Positions 58,424 through 64,000 of a stretch of DNA of 64,000 nucleotides are shown here, piece after piece; the first letter of the stretch is position 1; each line of letters begins with the position of its first letter. This DNA is from Actinomycetota bacterium (GTDB taxonomy: Bacteria; Actinomycetota; Aquicultoria; SURF-47). The notes under the pieces were generated by a model. It was not told the origin of the DNA. It was given only the letters and a program-made list of their open reading frames with translations, and did not search any database. A program made the position numbers and the translations under genes. Location: positions 16,585 through 80,584 of the forward strand of contig QZJE01000007.1 in assembly GCA_003599235.1 (NCBI GenBank), written 5' to 3'.

Positions 58424-60274
58424 GTGAAGGTACCTAAAAGTATAACTATAATAATGTTAACCTGGAATGGGCTTAAAAAAACTTACGAATGCTTAGAAAG
58501 CCTGGAGCCATCTATTATTATGGCAAAAAATTGCAAACTAATCGTTGTAGATAATGGCAGCACAGATGGAACTGTAGAGTTTTTAGAAAGTAAGCCCTAT
58601 GTAGAATTAATTAAAAATTCTTCTAATGTTGGATTTACAAAAGCAAACAATCAAGGAATTAAAAGAAGCGAGCCTGATTCCGATATCATTTTAATAAACA
58701 ATGATTTAATTTTCTTGGATAAGGATTGGATTAATAAACTTCAAGACCTAGCATATAAGGATAATAAAAATGGGATAGTCGGTTGCCGGCTAATAAGTTC
58801 TAATAATAAATTAATTCATTCAGGAACTTACATGCCCATAGAAACCCTGTGGGGACACCAAATTGGAAGCGGAGAAAAGAATATAAATCAGTATAACCAG
58901 TCCAAACCAGTACAAGGAGTCGTTTTTGCAGTAAGTTATATTAAACGAGCAGTTATTAACCAAGTTGGCCTTTTAGATGAAGATTATTTTGCTTACTTCG
59001 AGGATACCGATTATTGTTTTAAAGCAAAAAAGGCTGGTTTTAATACTTTAGTTCACGGAGACGTAACTGTCATTCACAATGAGAACTCATCAATAAAAGT
59101 TAACAACGTAAATTTCAGAAAGCTTTTCTTTCGCTCTAGAAAAACTTTCAAAAAGAAATGGGGTAGACATTTATATCAAGACCACAAAAACCCAATCACT
59201 TGGCGTTCTATATTAGGTTTTTCAACTGGTTACGCTGCATCTTCTGGAGAAATACTAAAAAATCTCTATCAGCGTAATACAGATGTCTCTTACAAATACG
59301 CTTACGGAAGAGGCACTCCTTTCCCATATAGGGAGCCTAGACATCTGGATGATCACATGTTAAACCTTATAGCAAAACGAAAATCGAACAGAAATGCACC
59401 ACAAGTAGTTTATGCTCAAGGCGATGTTTTTAATAAAAATAATGGCCCTTATAAAATTGGCTACTCGATGCTAGAAGTTAACGGGATACCAAGAACTTGG
59501 GTTAATCAAGCTAACAACATGGATGAAGTATGGGTCCCTTCAAATTTCAACAAACAAACATTTAGAAAAAGTGGGGTTGAAAAAGATATTCACATAATCC
59601 CCTTGGGAGTGAACCCTAACTACTTCAATCCATATATAACTACCTTTAATCGCTCCAATAAGTACACGTTCCTTTCAGTTTTCGAATGGGGAGAGAGAAA
59701 GGCCCCAGAAATATTATTAAAAGCCTTTACCGAAGAATTCAGCAAAAAAGAAAACGTTTTACTTCTATTAAAGGTAATTAATAATGATGGGTCTGTTAAT
59801 GTAAAAAAGCAAATTAGAGACATGAAACTAAACGAGAATAGCGCTCAGATAATACTTATGCTGAACCAAAAGATTCCTTATTACCAGCTGGGCTGCCTCT
59901 ACAGGATGGCTGATAGCTTTGTTCTACCAACTAGGGGTGAGGGCTGGGGAATGCCTATACTAGAAGCCATGGCTTGCGGATTGCCCACTATGGCAACCAA
60001 TTGGAGTGCTCATCTTGACTTTTTTAATAACAAAGTAGGTTATCCAATTAAGGTTAGTGAATTAATATCAGCAAAAGCGAAATGCCCTTATTATGATGGA
60101 TTTAAATGGGCAGAACCAGATATTAATGATCTAAAAGCTAAAATGCGTTACGTCTTTGAAAACAAAGAAGAGGCTAAAAAAATTGGTTTGAAAGCTTCTA
60201 GTGAAGCACTTAATAACTGGACCTGGGATAATACCGGTAGCAGAATTATTGAAAGATTAAAGGCTATTTCTTAA
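58424..60274 (+). CDS. Bifunctional glycosyltransferase, N-terminal GT2 and C-terminal GT4 (second copy of this architecture)
   Basis: 616 aa. GT2 region ITIIMLTWNG...VVDNGSTDGT, and a GT4 EX7E-type region PTRGEGWGMPILEAMACGLPTMA near the C-terminus. Confidence 0.75.
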   Translation: MKVPKSITIIMLTWNGLKKTYECLESLEPSIIMAKNCKLIVVDNGSTDGTVEFLESKPYVELIKNSSNVGFTKANNQGIKRSEPDSDIILINNDLIFLDKDWINKLQDLAYKDNKNGIVGCRLISSNNKLIHSGTYMPIETLWGHQIGSGEKNINQYNQSKPVQGVVFAVSYIKRAVINQVGLLDEDYFAYFEDTDYCFKAKKAGFNTLVHGDVTVIHNENSSIKVNNVNFRKLFFRSRKTFKKKWGRHLYQDHKNPITWRSILGFSTGYAASSGEILKNLYQRNTDVSYKYAYGRGTPFPYREPRHLDDHMLNLIAKRKSNRNAPQVVYAQGDVFNKNNGPYKIGYSMLEVNGIPRTWVNQANNMDEVWVPSNFNKQTFRKSGVEKDIHIIPLGVNPNYFNPYITTFNRSNKYTFLSVFEWGERKAPEILLKAFTEEFSKKENVLLLLKVINNDGSVNVKKQIRDMKLNENSAQIILMLNQKIPYYQLGCLYRMADSFVLPTRGEGWGMPILEAMACGLPTMATNWSAHLDFFNNKVGYPIKVSELISAKAKCPYYDGFKWAEPDINDLKAKMRYVFENKEEAKKIGLKASSEALNNWTWDNTGSRIIERLKAIS

Positions 60275-61232
60275 AGAAACCGGCTAATTTTTTTTGCTTG
60301 GGTTTTACAGCTGCTAGATATATATTATCCCCCCTGTTCTCTACTGTTTGGTCTAGACTAGTAAGTAATTCAAGTAGATATTTTTTTGTGTAAGGTAATT
60401 TATTTATACCGTTGTAGGCAACAGAATGCATATCTACTAAGTCATAATCAAAGCGATCGCGAGTTTCTAGCTTTTCTATTTCATAACCATACTTTGTTGC
60501 GAGTGTTCTTATTTCTTCCAATGTATACTCTCGGTTATGCCTCCCATGAACAACCTTATGAAACTTATCGAATATATTTTGGCCGATGAGCATTGAGCCA
60601 AGATTCGATAATCTAACAGCATTCGGTAACGTCAATATCAATCGCCCTCCCGGTTTTAATATTTTATAAACCTGATTAAAAACTTCAAAGGGGCTTAAAA
60701 CTAAATGTTCTAATACCTCACAACACAAGACCATGTCGAAACTATTTTGCTTGTATGGATAAGGGTTAGTTCTTTCTAAATTAAAAATATTAGAATTAAA
60801 TTTAATTGTTTCATCAAAATAATCATTTGTCATTTCCTGAGTAAGGCTACTAATTTTGGTTTCATAAATATTCTCATCAAAAAAATTAGCAAATTCTAGT
60901 TTGTGATCAAATAATTTCATCAATAAAATGGAGAAGAGATACGGGTTTGCCCCTAATTCCAAAATTCTATTTCTGCCGTTTAATGGTATGAAATCCATTG
61001 TGTGAAAAAATCTCGGCAGAGCATCATTGACATATTCTTCAGTATACGAAATATCCATCCCTGTTAACCTATAACCTTTTAAATAACGAGATACCTCAGG
61101 AGCACTTTTCCATAACATGCTTGTAAAATTCGTTCTATCAGCGTTTTGAGCAGCTCTCTTTAAAACTTTGATCTTTGCGTCAATCTCTTCTTGTTCTCTT
61201 TGCTTTTTTTTAAGCATTATCATTCCTATCAA
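60264..61232 (-). CDS. Class I SAM-dependent methyltransferase
   Basis: 322 aa (ILELGANPY motif I-like; VLCCEVLEHL; KILKPGGRLILTLPN). Its 3' end overlaps the GT2-GT4 gene 3' end by 11 nt. Confidence 0.65.
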   Translation of the reverse strand: MIGMIMLKKKQREQEEIDAKIKVLKRAAQNADRTNFTSMLWKSAPEVSRYLKGYRLTGMDISYTEEYVNDALPRFFHTMDFIPLNGRNRILELGANPYLFSILLMKLFDHKLEFANFFDENIYETKISSLTQEMTNDYFDETIKFNSNIFNLERTNPYPYKQNSFDMVLCCEVLEHLVLSPFEVFNQVYKILKPGGRLILTLPNAVRLSNLGSMLIGQNIFDKFHKVVHGRHNREYTLEEIRTLATKYGYEIEKLETRDRFDYDLVDMHSVAYNGINKLPYTKKYLLELLTSLDQTVENRGDNIYLAAVKPKQKKLAGFFKK

Positions 61233-61247
61233 GTATTTAAAGATTGT

Positions 61248-63050
61248 TTAGTTTTTTAATTTGCTTACCAATAGATAACCCTTGTTTTGCCAGAGAACCT
61301 TACCAGTTCTCCTGAAATATTGTAGATATTTCTTTGCTACCATATCTTTTCTTATTAAAAAAATAAATGATTTTTTTTCAAGTCTTAACTGTCTAGTTGA
61401 ATCAGCTACCGTTACTTTTCTAAAATCAGTTAGCATATAAAAAACCCAGCTCAACTTGGGTTCATCTTCTTGTAAAACAAATAAGCTGCTATTTGTTGGG
61501 ATAACCTTTGCAATATGTGATAACTCAATAATATTTTTATCCGGAGTAAATAGTTTGTCCTCTTCTAGAAGATATTTATTGGATAAAAACAGAGAGTATG
61601 AAGCTGCTATACTTAAGAAAATCAATATTCCAGCTGCAAGCGTAATTATCCTGGTGTTCTTTTTGTAGTAGAAATAGTGTAGGGCTCCAGCTAATCCAGC
61701 ACTAAATAAATATACGCTCAGAGCAATATGCTTATAGTAGCCATATGGAAAAGTAAGGCTAAAAATATAATAAGCCAAACCGATATAAAGTATGAATCCT
61801 GTTAATAAGATATAGCCTTTCGAGTAAATTAAAAAACCTACGATAAATAATATTGCTATCGAAAAAGATAGCCAAATTATTGCATTTTGAACTGGACTAT
61901 AGTTAGACGCTGTCATTCCGTGAGTATGAACACCAATACCTAAAGCCTCTGTTTGCGGTGTAAAATACCTGATATCACCAGCAATGGCTCTTGCTTGTGG
62001 CGTGTTAAACTCACCAATAGATTTTTTATACTTCACAAATTCGGCTACTCTTATTATTGAAGGAAAAGATGTTACGCCAATAACCAGAAAAACAATAAAC
62101 AATGTCATCAAAATTTCCCTGTAAGCACTCTTTCTTTCTCTAATAAGTTTAATGGCAATCCAAATCAGAGGAATACTAACAGCATAAAGGATCGATTCCG
62201 GATATATTGTTAATAAAGAAGCTACTATAATTGCAAAGCAGATGGCTGCTTTTATTGAGTAATCTTTAAGTAGAAATAGTCCAAAAATAATACCTAAAGA
62301 AACAAAAGGTAAAGCCATCAAATGAGAAATAAAGCCATTATAATTCCCATGAACTATTAAAACGTTGAGGCCAAAAAATAAGGCTGCCAGTGTAGATACG
62401 CGCGAACTAAAATTAAGTGCTATCGAGCTAAAAGCATATACTCCTGCAATAGCAAGCATATAAAAGAAAAGAGAGGTTGCCTGAAATGTCTTAAGAGAGT
62501 TCGAATTAAGAATACCGTTTAGCCCTGCCAAAAAAAACATTGGCCCTAGTCTTACTTTGCCAACTAATGCATTATTTAACAAAAAATAATTTGGTCTAGT
62601 GTTGACAAAGGGTACCTTGCTAGCTGAGTTATGATATGTCAAGTAGTCGCCTAAAGTAGAGGCAGTATGGGCATCAATACAATTTCCATATACACTTACA
62701 TACCCAGCCTTAATCATGGGAAGCAAAGCGATTAATAAAAGAACTATTGCAAGTAAATAAACACAACAATGTTTAACGCGAGGAAAATCATCCTCTTTTA
62801 TAATTAATAATATAAATGAAATAAAAGCAAAAATTGAATAAGGTATGATTAATCTTCCAGGAGTTATCCCAAAAAAATCAGCAAATTGAAAGACTATCGA
62901 TATCGTGGCTAATCCAAATATCGGAGAAAGTAGATAGAAATATTTCCTCAGTCTCTCAGGCAAAAAGAAATAGCTTATTAGAAAACCTGTAGGCAAAACA
63001 ATAAAAAAAGCACTTGCTATAACTTTTAATTCAAAAAATAGTACCTGCAT
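61248..63050 (-). CDS. Polytopic membrane protein, putative GT-C-fold glycosyltransferase partner of the GtrA/GtrB pair
   Basis: 600 aa with about 14 predicted TM helices and no soluble catalytic domain. It sits immediately downstream of the GtrA-like and GtrB-like genes. Confidence 0.5.
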   Translation of the reverse strand: MQVLFFELKVIASAFFIVLPTGFLISYFFLPERLRKYFYLLSPIFGLATISIVFQFADFFGITPGRLIIPYSIFAFISFILLIIKEDDFPRVKHCCVYLLAIVLLLIALLPMIKAGYVSVYGNCIDAHTASTLGDYLTYHNSASKVPFVNTRPNYFLLNNALVGKVRLGPMFFLAGLNGILNSNSLKTFQATSLFFYMLAIAGVYAFSSIALNFSSRVSTLAALFFGLNVLIVHGNYNGFISHLMALPFVSLGIIFGLFLLKDYSIKAAICFAIIVASLLTIYPESILYAVSIPLIWIAIKLIRERKSAYREILMTLFIVFLVIGVTSFPSIIRVAEFVKYKKSIGEFNTPQARAIAGDIRYFTPQTEALGIGVHTHGMTASNYSPVQNAIIWLSFSIAILFIVGFLIYSKGYILLTGFILYIGLAYYIFSLTFPYGYYKHIALSVYLFSAGLAGALHYFYYKKNTRIITLAAGILIFLSIAASYSLFLSNKYLLEEDKLFTPDKNIIELSHIAKVIPTNSSLFVLQEDEPKLSWVFYMLTDFRKVTVADSTRQLRLEKKSFIFLIRKDMVAKKYLQYFRRTGKVLWQNKGYLLVSKLKN

Positions 63051-63052
63051 AA

Positions 63053-63466
63053 TTATATATTAAGATTTTCTGGAGCGCTAAAGCTAAAATGCTTATGACC
63101 CGTGTAGCTAATGCAAACAGTAATAAGCACTATACCAGCTTGAGCAATAATGGGACTTAGTTTTAAAATTTCAACTGCAAACGGCAAAGTAACTGCATTA
63201 ATTGCGAAGGCCATTCCGTATACAACATAGAATTTAAGATATTCTTTTAGATAGTTTCCCTTAGTTTTGAACACAAAAATCTTGTAGCAAATATAGGCGT
63301 TTGTGATACCAATAATATAATTTACGACTAGGATTACTATATAATGAACAACCTTATGAAATGCAAAGTAAAAAAAACTGAAAACAGCAAAGCTGAAAAT
63401 AGTATTCCAGCCCCCAACAAAAAGATATTTGATTTTCTGCTCGTGATTTTTTATTAATTTCTTCAT
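63053..63466 (-). CDS. GtrA-family small membrane protein (polyprenol-phosphate-sugar flippase-like)
   Basis: 137 aa, four TM helices, GtrA-like N-terminal motif (YLFVGGWNTIFSFAVF). Overlaps the upstream GT2 gene. Confidence 0.6.
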   Translation of the reverse strand: MKKLIKNHEQKIKYLFVGGWNTIFSFAVFSFFYFAFHKVVHYIVILVVNYIIGITNAYICYKIFVFKTKGNYLKEYLKFYVVYGMAFAINAVTLPFAVEILKLSPIIAQAGIVLITVCISYTGHKHFSFSAPENLNI

Positions 63467-64000
63467 AAACCAACTGTTTTTTTGACAATGTAATTGGGAC
63501 GCTGTTTTACTTCTTCATATATGAGTCCAATATATTCGCTAACGATACCAAGCATTACAAAAAGGAAACCAAATAAGAGAAGAACAATCGTCATCAGGGT
63601 TCCATATCCAGGGAAAGGTACCCCGTAAAGTATGAATTGGATAACAATGAATATCAGGACTATAAAAGCCAAAATGGACAGGCTAATTCCAAAAAAGGTA
63701 ATCAATCTAAGAGGCAAAAGCGAATAAGCCAGCATTCCTTTGATTGCCAATTCCAACACCTTTAAAGTATGAGCCTTGGATTCACCGGCAAATCTAGGCG
63801 TACGCTCGAACTCAACTCCCGCTGATTTAAACCCCACCCAGTAAAACATCCCTCTTAGGAAACGATTACGTTCCTTCATTGCGTTAATAGTTTGATACAC
63901 TTTCTTATCTACCAGTCGGAAATCGCTTACATTTTTGGGAAAGGAGCCAGCTGTCATTTTATTTATCAGCCAGTAGAATATTTGGGAGTTCATCTTTCTT
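63463..64000 (-). CDS. Polyprenol-phosphate glycosyltransferase (GT2, GtrB/DPM-synthase-like), C-terminal part; N-terminus beyond the window end
   Basis: The C-terminal portion has the typical GtrB ending (conserved region FRLVDKKV, RFLRGM, then two C-terminal TM helices). The ORF is still open at position 64000. Confidence 0.6.
   Translation of the reverse strand, partial: RKMNSQIFYWLINKMTAGSFPKNVSDFRLVDKKVYQTINAMKERNRFLRGMFYWVGFKSAGVEFERTPRFAGESKAHTLKVLELAIKGMLAYSLLPLRLITFFGISLSILAFIVLIFIVIQFILYGVPFPGYGTLMTIVLLLFGFLFVMLGIVSEYIGLIYEEVKQRPNYIVKKTVGL

Noticed and set aside
1-64000. tRNA, rRNA, CRISPR arrays, IS elements or transposases
   Set aside because: No T-loop GTTCRANYC motifs were found in the few non-coding spacers. 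There are no direct-repeat/spacer arrays, no long terminal inverted repeats with a transposase ORF, and no integrase or recombinase-like ORFs.

Overview
This is a densely coded, low-GC (~35-42%) bacterial chromosomal segment with frequent 1-20 nt gene overlaps. Its content (LCP protein, YfhO-like protein, AhrC-type ArgR, short-form HisG with HisZ, archaeal-type short LeuD, long-form RmlA) points to a monoderm, Firmicutes- or Chloroflexi-like organism. The window contains, in order: (1) the 5' part of an amidohydrolase, then a polyprenyl diphosphate synthase next to a degenerate paralog that lacks the DDxxD motifs. (2) A plus-strand 2-oxoacid chain-elongation cluster, short LeuA/CimA/homocitrate-synthase-like then leuC, an unknown ORF, leuD and leuB. 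(3) A small molybdopterin-domain protein. (4) A complete minus-strand arginine operon argC-J-B-D-F-argR-G-H, with an ARG-box-like palindrome upstream of argC. (5) pheS and pheT. (6) A 3099-aa secreted giant protein co-transcribed with a 95-aa three-TM protein. Its domains are an N-terminal Zn-phospholipase-C-like domain, ~14 PD40 beta-propeller repeats, CARDB/Ig-like domains and an FN3 domain. (7) A minus-strand histidine operon hisZ-G-D-(HAD phosphatase)-B-H-A-F-IE followed by a TrpE/PabB-like gene. It contains a GC-rich 143-nt structured element closed by a perfect 19-bp inverted repeat between hisF and hisIE, and a GC-rich in-frame insertion in hisF. (8) A large cell-wall glycopolymer locus with two Wzm/Wzt ABC-exporter pairs, two GT2-GT4 fusion glycosyltransferases and three SAM methyltransferases (one with a C-terminal coiled coil next to wzt, WbdD-like). 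It also carries a B12-binding radical-SAM enzyme, a YfhO-like protein, an LCP ligase, dTDP-rhamnose genes (rfbACBD), ADP-heptose genes (gmhA, gmhB, hldE) and a GtrA/GtrB/GT-C triad. No tRNA, rRNA, CRISPR or obvious IS/transposase genes were seen. The most unusual sequence-level signal is a family of short purine-rich (on the minus strand) degenerate tandem-repeat leader elements at operon junctions. Two copies (argJ/argB and rfbA/rfbC junctions) share a near-identical ~32-nt core.
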